A stretch of 21,581 nucleotides of DNA from assembly GCA_038217285.1 (NCBI GenBank), contig JBBQPO010000075.1, positions 1 through 21,581 of the forward strand. Reading direction: 5' to 3'. This DNA is from Chthonomonadales bacterium. Lineage in GTDB: Bacteria > Armatimonadota > Chthonomonadetes > Chthonomonadales > Chthonomonadaceae. Below the pieces are notes generated by a model. The model searched no databases and was not told the DNA's origin. It saw only the letters and a list, made by a program, of their open reading frames with translations. Both the position numbers and the translations under genes were made by a program. Below are positions 8,198-16,791 of the stretch, one piece after another (positions within the stretch are counted from its first letter, which is position 1; every line of letters starts with the position of its first letter).

Positions 8198-9139
8198 TCA
8201 GTTGCACTTCGGATGAGGGCCGTCCTGATCCGTCGTCCAGAGGCAGACATCGCCGACGACGCGGTTGTAGGGAAGCGACTTTGCATGGCCGTCCACAAAC
8301 TGGACGTTGACCTGCTCACTGTGGCGCTGCTTGCCCAGCGGAACCGCCTGGGCGCCGTTTATCGTGCCGCCACTATAGCTCCAGTTGGCGTTGCCGATAT
8401 TTTCCCAGTATTTGTTGTACTGGCCGCCCTGGTCTGTCGCGAACTTCAGTTCAACGCCGCAGTCTGTGCCATTGACACAGTTGGCGGTGGCCTGGTAACC
8501 ACTCGAGTTGGCATCGCCAGGCGCGTTGGCGTCAAACGCCGCGCCGTAATAGGTGGCATCGGAGATGATGATGGTAGAGGAGACGCGCGGAACCGCAGCG
8601 AGCGCGACACTCGCAGGCTGTCCATTCGCGCCGGAGAACTTGCCCGCCGGACTCAGATACATATCGTTGTGGCCGTAACTGTTCTCGCCGCCATACGCGG
8701 TTCCAACGCATCCGGCGCCGGTGCAGTTGGGCGAGGGGCCTGAGGTCGGCGTAAACGCGTTCGGATTGCTCGGGCAGGCGAACACCTGATAGTTCTTGAC
8801 GTAGGGCTGGAGCATAAATATCCAGTAAAAGCGGAACTCGGAACCTCCGGAAAATTTGGCGGCGTCCGGATTGTTGACATACTGCGGACAGATGCTGCCT
8901 GCACCGGGGCCGGGGCAGTTGAAGCGGTGCGGATAGAACTGCTCGTCGTAGTCCTGATTGTACATCGCGGTGGCAGTTCCGATCTGCTTAAGATTGGAAA
9001 TACAGGCGATCTGGCGTGCTTTGCCGCGGGCCTGGGCGAAAACGGGGAAGAGGATGGCTGCCAGGATCGCGATAATCGCGATGACAACCAGCAGTTCGAT
9101 GAGCGTGAATCCGGAACGGGTTCGACGATCTAAAGTCAC
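8198..9139 (-). CDS. DUF1559-type prepilin N-terminal cleavage/methylation protein with an H-X9-DG motif
   Basis: [44 protein letters not shown]-terminal [22 protein letters not shown] before GTG 9139. Confidence 0.93.
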   Translation of the reverse strand: MTLDRRTRSGFTLIELLVVIAIIAILAAILFPVFAQARGKARQIACISNLKQIGTATAMYNQDYDEQFYPHRFNCPGPGAGSICPQYVNNPDAAKFSGGSEFRFYWIFMLQPYVKNYQVFACPSNPNAFTPTSGPSPNCTGAGCVGTAYGGENSYGHNDMYLSPAGKFSGANGQPASVALAAVPRVSSTIIISDATYYGAAFDANAPGDANSSGYQATANCVNGTDCGVELKFATDQGGQYNKYWENIGNANWSYSGGTINGAQAVPLGKQRHSEQVNVQFVDGHAKSLPYNRVVGDVCLWTTDQDGPHPKCN

Positions 9140-9274
9140 AATGGTTCTCCTTTACACATACCAGCGGAAAATGATAAATACCGTCAGGGAGCGGCTTTCG
9201 TGATGCCGTCTATAAGGTACGCCGCAGTCCTGCTTATCCGTGCAGCGACTACATGCATAGAATGACAGCGATAT

Positions 9275-9313
9275 GTTAAGGGGGCGTTAAGGGAAGGTTA
9301 AGATTTCGTAAAA
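9275..9313 (-). promoter_or_regulatory. OmpR/PhoB-type direct-repeat operator (Pho-box-like)
   Basis: GTTAAG at 9275, 9286 and 9297, plus degenerate GTAAAA at 9308, with an exact 11-bp period; minus strand reads CTTAACCT/CTTAACGC/CTTAACAT. Confidence 0.65.
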
Positions 9314-9333
9314 TCGTTTTGATCGGCTATAAT
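9305..9333 (+). promoter_or_regulatory. Sigma70 promoter of the PfkB kinase gene
   Basis: Perfect TATAAT at 9328-9333; weak -35 TTCGTA 17 bp upstream. Confidence 0.55.
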
Positions 9334-9384
9334 AGTCCGATGTGAAAAAAACACCCGGCGTTTGACGTTGGAAGGGGAGTGTGC

Positions 9385-10365
9385 ATGAGTTTCGATGTTT
9401 TTGGGATGTGTAACCCACTCTATGATATTCAGGCGGAAGTGCCGGACACCTTACTGGCGGAACTGGGCGTCGCGAAGGGCGGAATGTTTCTGATCGAAGA
9501 GGCGCAGCAGAAGGAGATGGTCGCCCGCATTTACGAGCATATCGTCAATGCGGAGTCCGGCGGTTCCGGCGCGAACACCATGATTGGGATCGCTATGCTG
9601 GGAGGCAGCGCCTGCTATACCGGTAAGATCGGCAACGACGAGCATGGCAATCTCTACGCCGATAAGCTCAAAGAAAAAGGCGTACAGGTCAACACCGCAG
9701 CCGGGGTGGGCACGACGGGGATCTGTCTGGTGCTCGTCTCGCCGGACGCCGAGCGCACCCTCTGCACCTATCTGGGGATCTGCCGTGAGCTCGGGCCGGA
9801 GGATGTGCAGGCCGACCTCATCGGGCAGAGCAAGTATCTCTATGTGACCGGTTACCTGTGGGATACGGATACGCAGAAGGCGGCGGTGCTCAAAGCCATG
9901 CAGGCGGCGAAAGCCGCAGGCGTCAAGGTCGCGCTCAGCCTCTCCGACCCGTTCTGCGTGAATCGGCACAAAGCCGATTTTCTCCGGATCGTGCAGGAGC
10001 ATGTCGATCTGGTCATCGGCAACCATGAGGAGGCGATGGCGCTGACAGATACCGACAACCCGCACGACGCGATCCGCGCGATGGCGCCCTGGTGCGATCT
10101 GGCTGCGGTGACGATGGGCGGCGATGGCTCCCTGCTGCGACAGGGGGACCACCTCGTAGAGGTCGCTCCTTTCAAGGTGACCCCTGTGGACACCACCGGC
10201 GCGGGCGACATGTATGCCGCTGGCCTGCTCTATGGCCTGACGCACGGTCTTCCTCTGGAGAAGACAGGAAATCTGGCCGGCTATCTCGCGGCCCAGGTCG
10301 TGGCAAAACTCGGCCCCCGCCTCGAAACCCTCGACCAGGAAGCGATTCAGCAGATCGTCGCCTGA
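9385..10365 (+). CDS. PfkB-family carbohydrate/adenosine kinase
   Basis: SGGSGANT, GKIGNDEHG, ERTLCTYLG, VDTTGAGDMYAAGLLYGL; GGGGAG before ATG 9385. Confidence 0.92.
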   Translation: MSFDVFGMCNPLYDIQAEVPDTLLAELGVAKGGMFLIEEAQQKEMVARIYEHIVNAESGGSGANTMIGIAMLGGSACYTGKIGNDEHGNLYADKLKEKGVQVNTAAGVGTTGICLVLVSPDAERTLCTYLGICRELGPEDVQADLIGQSKYLYVTGYLWDTDTQKAAVLKAMQAAKAAGVKVALSLSDPFCVNRHKADFLRIVQEHVDLVIGNHEEAMALTDTDNPHDAIRAMAPWCDLAAVTMGGDGSLLRQGDHLVEVAPFKVTPVDTTGAGDMYAAGLLYGLTHGLPLEKTGNLAGYLAAQVVAKLGPRLETLDQEAIQQIVA

Positions 10366-10428
10366 TTTACCGATTCTCCTGGCCCTCTGACGTTGTGTCG
10401 CTCACGCTACGTCGTCTGTGGAAAGGCG

Positions 10429-11475
10429 TTATCGAGAGAGGTCGGGAAGGCCTGCGTGGCCTGTTGGGAGCGCAGGCCCGGTTCCAGGCAGGAACAGGTG
10501 CAGCGACTGCCCGTAGTCGAGGCGGCTGATGACGCGCGCGTTGGCGACGAGTTGGATACGCTGGCGGGAGTCTATGCTCTGCATCTCACCGACGAGGGCG
10601 GCGAACGGCCTGGAGCCATCGTCCGGGATCAGCGTGATGGCATCGCCGGGTTTGAGAGATTTCGCGCGGTCGGCACCGCTCCAGGCGACGGAGATGACGA
10701 CCGAACCGGAGATTGGGTCAAGGTCGTTGATAGAGGCAGGCAGGCCGAGGCGATCCTGATCGGCCCGGTGACGCGCGTCCTGCGCGGCGCGTACGGCGTC
10801 GTCGCCCTTGCGGTCGAGGATTTCGGTCGCCGCGAGCAGGCCGTCCTTTTCGACCAACTGGGTGATAACCTCGTCGCCTTCGCGGAGCGTCTCGATCCCG
10901 CCGGGGCGCTCGCTTTTCCAGATTTTTACGGAAGGGAAGTAGCCGAACTCTTTTGCAATCGTTTTCGTCACCTCGCCCTTGCTGTTCTTCTCCTCCCGCT
11001 GCGTCGTGATAATGCGCTTTGTTGTATCGATCCGGACGACCTTCGCGAACCATCCGTGCCGTGCAGAGACGTGGATCTCGTCCTGCACGGCGCGAGGATA
11101 CGTCCAGTTCCTGGCGTCGTCTACATAGAGGAAGAGCATGACGTGCTGGCCGGGGAAGTAGTCGCTGAGTTCGCCCCAGGAGTCGTGGAAATGGAGCTCG
11201 GTGTCCTGTCGTATCGGCACTTCGCGTATCGTGCCGCTGCCGTCCTGTTTGATGGTCAGGATCTTGCGTTTCAGGTCGATCTTCTGCACGATGCAGAAAG
11301 CGCGGGGCATCTCCCCGAAAAAGTCACACGTCCGCTCGGGCTGCGTTCTCTTGTTTGACGAGCGGCGAGCCTTGAATCGGACGGTGTCCGGCGTTCTCGG
11401 CGACCTCCCGTCCGCATCTCCGTAAGACCGTGTCCCTGCAGGTTCGCCGTCGGATGGCAATATTCCTGGCAACAC
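10429..11475 (-). CDS. Hypothetical protein with repeated beta-strand (OB-fold-like) units; start uncertain (11475, 11472 or 11310)
   Basis: Protein-like composition from MPRAFCIVQKIDLKRKILTIK onward; similar units KVVRIDTTKRIITTQ and SINDLDPISGSVVIS. Confidence 0.6.
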   Translation of the reverse strand: MLPGILPSDGEPAGTRSYGDADGRSPRTPDTVRFKARRSSNKRTQPERTCDFFGEMPRAFCIVQKIDLKRKILTIKQDGSGTIREVPIRQDTELHFHDSWGELSDYFPGQHVMLFLYVDDARNWTYPRAVQDEIHVSARHGWFAKVVRIDTTKRIITTQREEKNSKGEVTKTIAKEFGYFPSVKIWKSERPGGIETLREGDEVITQLVEKDGLLAATEILDRKGDDAVRAAQDARHRADQDRLGLPASINDLDPISGSVVISVAWSGADRAKSLKPGDAITLIPDDGSRPFAALVGEMQSIDSRQRIQLVANARVISRLDYGQSLHLFLPGTGPALPTGHAGLPDLSR

Positions 11476-11521
11476 ACTCCCCCTTTTTGTGTCTAAGCCG
11501 CATAACGGTGTCCTGCTCTCT

Positions 11522-11550
11522 GCACGAACCTGTGCGTTCGAGACGACGTA
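11522..11550 (+). promoter_or_regulatory. ECF-sigma-like promoter of the TPR-ExbBD operon
   Basis: CGAACC-N16-CGTA; shares the 10-mer GCACGAACCT with 6090-6099; GAGGAG SD at 11564-11569. Confidence 0.45.
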
Positions 11551-11579
11551 TTCGCTCTGTGATGAGGAGATCTTGAGAT

Positions 11580-13802
11580 ATGCAAAAGTTGGCGATCCTC
11601 CTGATGGTCGGAACCGTCTGCCTTTCGGCGGGCGCGGTCCGGGCCGACACGCCCGATGAACAACTGGCAGCCGCTTCCGCGCTGTTCGATGCCAAAAAAT
11701 ATCCGGAAGCGGCGCAGAAACTGGATGCGTTTCTGGCGGCCAACCCGAAACACCCTAAAGCGCCGACCGCGGCTTTTGTGCTGGGACGATGTCGTGCGGA
11801 GCTGAAACAGTACGCTCAGGCCGTGCCTGCCTACGAAAAAGCGATCGCCGGCAAAGACCCTGCGATCCTGCCGCTCGCGCAGCTCGGCCTGGGGGAAGCC
11901 GCTTACTACGCCAAGCAGTACGACAAGGCTGCTCCGCCGCTGGAAGCTGTCACCAAGACCAACCTGCGTCCGGAACAGGCCGCTTATGCCTGGTTCTGGC
12001 TGGCGCAGTCCGATTTCAACCTGAAGAAGTATCAGCCTGCCGAAGACGCCTACGAAAAGGTCTACCGCGACTACGGGCGCAGCGAGTTCGCGGATGCGTC
12101 GTACTACGGTGCGGGCCTCTCCGCCCTGCGTCTGAACCGCAGCGACGTCGCCAGGGATCGCTTTCGGGAGTACCTCAATCGGAACCGTAAGTCGCCCGAC
12201 CGACCGCAGGCTATGCTGATGCTCGGGCAGATCGACCTGGAGGCCAAACGCTATGGGGAGGCCCGGTCCGACTTCGAGCGTCTGCTCAACGACGACGCCT
12301 CGAAAACGGCGACCGAGGCGCGCGCGGAGGCGGAGGACGGGCTGATACAGGCCCTGTTGGAGCAGAAAGACTACAATGCGGCCGCGACCCGGCTGGAGTC
12401 GGCCCTCAATCGCCTGCCTGCCACCGACCCGCAGCGCTATCGGGCGGCTCTCAGCCTCGGAAACTGCCGCTACCGACAGCAGCAGTACGAGCCTGCTGCC
12501 AACGCCTACAAGATCGCCGCCGGGGCGACGGAGCCGGAAGTCGCCGTGCAGGGCCTCTACTGGAGCGCCACCGCTGTGCTGGCGCAGAACCGTCCGGCCG
12601 AGGCAGCGCCGCTGCTGGCAAAGTTCGTCAAGACCTATCCGAAGAATCCGCTCGCGCCCAAAGCCCAACTGAAAGCTGCCGGCGCCTACCAGGCGGCGAA
12701 GCAGGGCGATGCCGCTCTCGCCGCCTATCGCCTCCTGGTGACCAACTATCCGACCTCTCCAGAAGCGGCGGAGGCCCGAAAGGGACTGGCCGGAATCGTC
12801 TCCTCGACCAGCGATCCTGTCCAACTCGCCGCCGCGCTGAAGAACGCGCCGCCTGCCGAGCGCGCCAAAGGCATGCTGCGCGTGGCTCAACTCTACTTCG
12901 ATGCCAAAAAGCCGACCGAAGCGACGACCACGCTGACAGAGCTTCTGAAGTCCAAACCGGAAGAAGAGACGCAGGCGGAGGCGCAGTACCTGCTCGGCCT
13001 GATCTACGACAGCGTTCCGAAAACGACGCCTGCCATTATGGCCCTCGCAGAGGCGATCCGCCTGCGGCCTGCGGCCCCGTGGGCCGGAGACGCGCAGGCC
13101 CGGCTGGCCCTGCTCTATCTCGACGCGAAGCAGCCTGCCGCTGCGGAAAAATCGGCCAACGCCTCCCTGATGCTGAAGCCGACGAAAGAGGTGGAGGAGC
13201 AGGTGCGCCGCGCACTGGTACAGGCGCAGATCGATCAGCAGCACTGGGACGCCGCGCTTGCGAGTGATCAGGCTCTGCTCGACATCAGCCCCTCCCCGGA
13301 AACAGCCGCGACTGCCCGCTATCTGCAGGCCTGGATCACGGAGAAACAGGGCAAAACAGACGATGCGCTGGCGCTCTGGACGAAGATCGCGGACGATGGC
13401 GCGAAGAATCTCTACACGTCGGAGGCCCTCTTGCGCGTGGGGAACGCCCGGCTGAAGGCGCAGAAGTACGACGAGGCGCGGCCGCGCTACGAACGCCTGC
13501 TCGCCGATGATGCGAAAAGCCCCTTCGCCACGGAAGCCCGATTCAATCTCGGCAGCACACTCTACAATCTGAATCTGCCCGCTGAGGCCGCCGCTGCCTT
13601 CGACGCCGCAGCGGGTGATAAAGCCGCCGGAGCCTATATACCCACGGGTCTCTACTGGGCGGGAGTCGCCTACGACAAGGCGGGCAAAAAGCCGGAAGCG
13701 ATCCAGCGCCTTGATAAACTCGTCATGCAGTTTCCCCAGCATGAACTCGTCAAAAAAGCAAAAATCCGTCTTGCCGCTCTCAAAGCGGTCAGCGGTCAAT
13801 AA
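11580..13802 (+). CDS. Secreted multi-TPR protein (CpoB/BamD-like TPR pairs)
   Basis: Signal peptide MQKLAILLMVGTVCLSAGAVRA; TPR repeats along the whole length, with loops such as YPKNPLAPKA, YPTSPEAAEA and FPQHELVKKA. Confidence 0.9.
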   Translation: MQKLAILLMVGTVCLSAGAVRADTPDEQLAAASALFDAKKYPEAAQKLDAFLAANPKHPKAPTAAFVLGRCRAELKQYAQAVPAYEKAIAGKDPAILPLAQLGLGEAAYYAKQYDKAAPPLEAVTKTNLRPEQAAYAWFWLAQSDFNLKKYQPAEDAYEKVYRDYGRSEFADASYYGAGLSALRLNRSDVARDRFREYLNRNRKSPDRPQAMLMLGQIDLEAKRYGEARSDFERLLNDDASKTATEARAEAEDGLIQALLEQKDYNAAATRLESALNRLPATDPQRYRAALSLGNCRYRQQQYEPAANAYKIAAGATEPEVAVQGLYWSATAVLAQNRPAEAAPLLAKFVKTYPKNPLAPKAQLKAAGAYQAAKQGDAALAAYRLLVTNYPTSPEAAEARKGLAGIVSSTSDPVQLAAALKNAPPAERAKGMLRVAQLYFDAKKPTEATTTLTELLKSKPEEETQAEAQYLLGLIYDSVPKTTPAIMALAEAIRLRPAAPWAGDAQARLALLYLDAKQPAAAEKSANASLMLKPTKEVEEQVRRALVQAQIDQQHWDAALASDQALLDISPSPETAATARYLQAWITEKQGKTDDALALWTKIADDGAKNLYTSEALLRVGNARLKAQKYDEARPRYERLLADDAKSPFATEARFNLGSTLYNLNLPAEAAAAFDAAAGDKAAGAYIPTGLYWAGVAYDKAGKKPEAIQRLDKLVMQFPQHELVKKAKIRLAALKAVSGQ

Positions 13803-13820
13803 CCTCAGGAGTCACGCCTC

Positions 13821-14474
13821 ATGAAGCTGAATTCGATATTCGGTAATACGCTCATCGCGCAACTGTTCGACAAGGCGGGTTGGGTCGCCATTCCGCTCGG
13901 TATCTGTTCGATACTGGCGATGGGCGTGCTTTTCGAACGGCTCTACACCTACTCGCGGCTGCGACAGGCCGAGGATGCCGCGTATCAGGCGCTGTCTACC
14001 GCCCTGGCGAATGGGGATACCAACCGTATTGCCGATCCTGCCCTCGCTACCGCGCCACTGACACATATCATGAATACGCTGAACTCCCTGCGCGGGGTCA
14101 GCCCGGAATCGATGCAGCAGGCCGCCGACATCGCCTTTGGTGTGCAGCGTCTGCGCCTCCGCCGCTATCTGAGTACCCTGGCGACCATCGGCAACATCGC
14201 GCCCTATATCGGACTGTTCGGAACGGTTCTGGGCGTTCAGACCGCCTTTCAGACCCTCTCTACCGGCGGGGCGGGCGCAGACAAGATGTCGAGTGGTATC
14301 TCCGAAGCGCTGAGCGCCACGGCGCTGGGACTGCTGGTCGCGATCCCCTCCGTCGTCGCTTACAACTTCCTGCTCGGCGAACTGCAGAAACATCTGCTGC
14401 AGATTCAAGGCCACGTCGCGCATCTGATGCCGCTGCTGCACACCCCTCCTGTGCGCGAAAGAGAGAGGGTCTGA
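13821..14474 (+). CDS. exbB: MotA/TolQ/ExbB proton channel protein
   Basis: LATIGNIAPYIGLFGTVLGV..AF and GISEALSATALGLLVAIP. Confidence 0.93.
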   Translation: MKLNSIFGNTLIAQLFDKAGWVAIPLGICSILAMGVLFERLYTYSRLRQAEDAAYQALSTALANGDTNRIADPALATAPLTHIMNTLNSLRGVSPESMQQAADIAFGVQRLRLRRYLSTLATIGNIAPYIGLFGTVLGVQTAFQTLSTGGAGADKMSSGISEALSATALGLLVAIPSVVAYNFLLGELQKHLLQIQGHVAHLMPLLHTPPVRERERV

Positions 14475-14475
14475 C

Positions 14476-14898
14476 ATGCAAGGAGACATCTCTTCCGAAG
14501 ACGAGCCTATGTCGCAGATGAACCTGATTCCGCTGATCGACATCGCGCTGACCATGCTCATCATTATGATGGTCACTACGGTATTCATCAAGAAGCCCGG
14601 CGTCAATCTGACTCTGCCGGAGACCGCGACCCGCGAAGGCGCCCCCGAAACCACGAAGGACCTGACTATCTACATCGGTGTCGATAACAAGATGTATGTG
14701 GACGCGAAGGAACAGAAGCCGGAGCAGGTGCAGGGTCTGCTCATGACGACGGCGAAGAAGAACAAAGACGCGCGTGTCCTGGTGAAAGCCGACCGGGCCG
14801 TCCTGTACGCGAAAGTGATGGAGGTGATGGATATGGCCCGACAGGCCGGACTCACCCACATTACGCTCCCGACCGAGCCAAAAAAGATAACCCCTTGA
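14476..14898 (+). CDS. exbD: ExbD/TolR family protein
   Basis: MNLIPLIDIALTMLIIMMV with the conserved TM Asp; VLVKADR; VMEVMDMARQAG. Confidence 0.93.
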   Translation: MQGDISSEDEPMSQMNLIPLIDIALTMLIIMMVTTVFIKKPGVNLTLPETATREGAPETTKDLTIYIGVDNKMYVDAKEQKPEQVQGLLMTTAKKNKDARVLVKADRAVLYAKVMEVMDMARQAGLTHITLPTEPKKITP

Positions 14899-14902
14899 TT
14901 CT

Positions 14903-15150
14903 CTCGGGAAGAGGTACGAAACGATGCGTGTCGAAAAGCGATGGAATGAATTCCTTCGCTAGAGGCCTTCGGCCGAGTGACCGCCTTCGCGGGCACAAAC
15001 GCGCTGAATGCAACCTTGTCTCTCGTCCGCGAGGACGATACGGCGGAGCCGCGTAGCGAGGGGTGATAACCCCTTGACCGCCCCAAGACGCTGGCTACGT
15101 CCCTTGATTCGGGGTAGCTCAGGAAGAGGTAGGAAACGATGCGTGTCGAA
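14903..15150 (+). repeat. 33-bp direct repeat (RBS plus first four codons) flanking a palindrome cluster
   Basis: CTCGGGAAGAGGTACGAAACGATGCGTGTCGAA (14903-14935) versus CTCAGGAAGAGGTAGGAAACGATGCGTGTCGAA (15118-15150): 31/33 identical. Confidence 0.9.
14937..15098. mobile_element. REP/REPIN-like palindromic element
   Basis: Hairpins AGCGATGGAA-tgaa-TTCCTTCGCT, GTGACCGC-cttc-GCGGGCAC, TCGTCC-gcga-GGACGA and GTAG-CGAGGGGT-gata-ACCCCTTG; CTAC at 15095-15098. Confidence 0.55.
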
Positions 15151-16725
15151 CGCTGGTACTGGCTGGTCGCCTTCTGTCTCGTCTCGTTCTGTGTGCATCT
15201 GGGTATGACACGGTTCGGGCCGGCCTATGGGCTGCCGGCGGCAGCGGAGAAGTCGCCGGAGATCGTGGTGGCGCTCCAGCCTATGCCGGAGCCAGAGAAG
15301 AAGAAGCCGGAGCCCAAACCGCTTCCGAAGCCGAAACCGGTCGTCAAACTGACGCCGCAACCGCAGCCGACACCGAAGGTCGTTCTCGGCAAACGGATGA
15401 CGGCGGCGGTGAAGCCGACCCCGCGCCCGGTCGTTGTCGCGCGCAAAACGGAGCCGGTGGTCGCCCCGAAGCAGCCGCAGCCGATCTCCCCGGCACCGAA
15501 AGTGACGGTCAGTGGGGGCATTGAAGAGATCGAGAACGAAAAGCCTGTCGTTCTCGGCGCTCCCAACGCTCCGAAGGCACAGACTCCCTCCCTGCCGCAT
15601 CTGGCAGTGGCGCGGCGCGAGGCGAATGTGGGCGGCGGAGCGCCGTCGCCCTCCCTCGTTCCGGATGGCAAAGGGGGCGCGTCGGGGCCGGAAGCGCCTC
15701 CGGAAGAGGTGCTCTACAACGGCGGAGGCAAAGGCGGCAAGCAACTGCCGAAAGAGGCGCCTGCGCTCGGCGGCGGAGGCGGCGCTTCGATCCTCTCCGT
15801 CAACAATCCGCTGGCAAAGGATGTTATCGCGGAAGACAAGCCGGGTGCGGGGCCGGGCACGGGCGGCAATGTGGGAACCGGGACCGGCGGCGGAGTCGGC
15901 TTCGCCCGGAGCAAGGGCATCGGCACGAACCCTAACGGACGCCTGCCCCTCGCCTCACTCTCGAACGCCTCCGGCAGCGGCAATGGCAATAGCCGGGGCA
16001 GCGGGACGGGAACCCGTCCGCCCGGCGGTGGCCACGGCACGGGTTCGGAACTGCCGGGAACCGGCGGCGAGGGCCTGGGCTATGGACGCGGCAAGGGCGT
16101 CGGAATTGGCCGCAGCAATGGCGTGAGTGTAGGCGAGGGTGCAGGCGGCAGCGCGTTCACCGGCAAGGGGTCGCCCTCCTTCGGCGACATCGGCGGGCTG
16201 CTGGCCGGAGATCGGAACGGCGGCGGCGGCCTGAATGGTGGAATCGGCGGGCGGGGGACAGGGGCTTCCAACGCGGGCAGCTTCGGCTCGAAAGAGCAGA
16301 TACCGTTCGCGCTCAAAGGCGACATCTACTATCTCGATCCCGGCACCCAACACCTGCCCACCGATTTCAAGGCGCTGAAATCCGTTGGAAGTATCTACGC
16401 GCCGAGCCTGAATATACCTACCCGCAGCTTCATGCAGGGTTTTCCCGGCGTCACCAACCGCTTCGAGTGGTTCGCCATCGACTACAATGGAGAGTTCCGT
16501 GTGCCGATACCAGCCCGGTATCAGTTTCGTCTTACTTCCGACGACGGCTCGAAGCTGTTCATCGACTCGAAACTGGTGATCGATAACGACGGCTTACATG
16601 CCTCTCGTATGAAAGAGGGTAGCATTCGCCTGAGATCCGGCAAACACACCATCGAAGTGCAGTATTACCAGGGGCCACGCGATCAGGTGGCGCTGGTACT
16701 GGATGTCAAGGCGGAAGCGGAATGA
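15139..16725 (+). CDS. TonB-like membrane-anchored Pro/Gly-rich protein with a C-terminal PA14 domain
   Basis: TM helix WLVAFCLVSFCVHLG (S-x3-H); PEPEKKKPEPKPLPKPKP linker; Gly-rich core; PA14 motif FAIDYNGEF...YQFRLTSDDGSKLFID..VIDNDGLH...GKHTIEVQYYQG. Confidence 0.85.
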   Translation: MRVERWYWLVAFCLVSFCVHLGMTRFGPAYGLPAAAEKSPEIVVALQPMPEPEKKKPEPKPLPKPKPVVKLTPQPQPTPKVVLGKRMTAAVKPTPRPVVVARKTEPVVAPKQPQPISPAPKVTVSGGIEEIENEKPVVLGAPNAPKAQTPSLPHLAVARREANVGGGAPSPSLVPDGKGGASGPEAPPEEVLYNGGGKGGKQLPKEAPALGGGGGASILSVNNPLAKDVIAEDKPGAGPGTGGNVGTGTGGGVGFARSKGIGTNPNGRLPLASLSNASGSGNGNSRGSGTGTRPPGGGHGTGSELPGTGGEGLGYGRGKGVGIGRSNGVSVGEGAGGSAFTGKGSPSFGDIGGLLAGDRNGGGGLNGGIGGRGTGASNAGSFGSKEQIPFALKGDIYYLDPGTQHLPTDFKALKSVGSIYAPSLNIPTRSFMQGFPGVTNRFEWFAIDYNGEFRVPIPARYQFRLTSDDGSKLFIDSKLVIDNDGLHASRMKEGSIRLRSGKHTIEVQYYQGPRDQVALVLDVKAEAE

Positions 16726-16791
16726 GGCCGGGCAGTCGGGCCTTAGAGTCAAATCTCCGCTCGGGCCGCAGGCTACAGGAGAGTAAACACA

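Noticed and set aside
8013-8207. 65-aa N-terminal extension of the sigma factor
   Set aside because: Runs through terminator hairpins; GAGGAG supports ATG 8012.
10393-11358. 321-aa plus-strand ORF
   Set aside because: Antisense shadow of the minus-strand ORF, which shows internal repeats and more protein-like composition.
11493-13799. 768-aa antisense ORF over the TPR gene (likewise 1637-3265, 16594-18510 and 19201-20403)
   Set aside because: Shadow frames typical of GC-rich codon bias; no recognisable motifs, and they overlap well-supported genes almost completely.
14903-15150. CRISPR-like repeat pair
   Set aside because: Only two copies, 182-nt spacer, the repeat equals an RBS plus start codons, and there are no cas genes.
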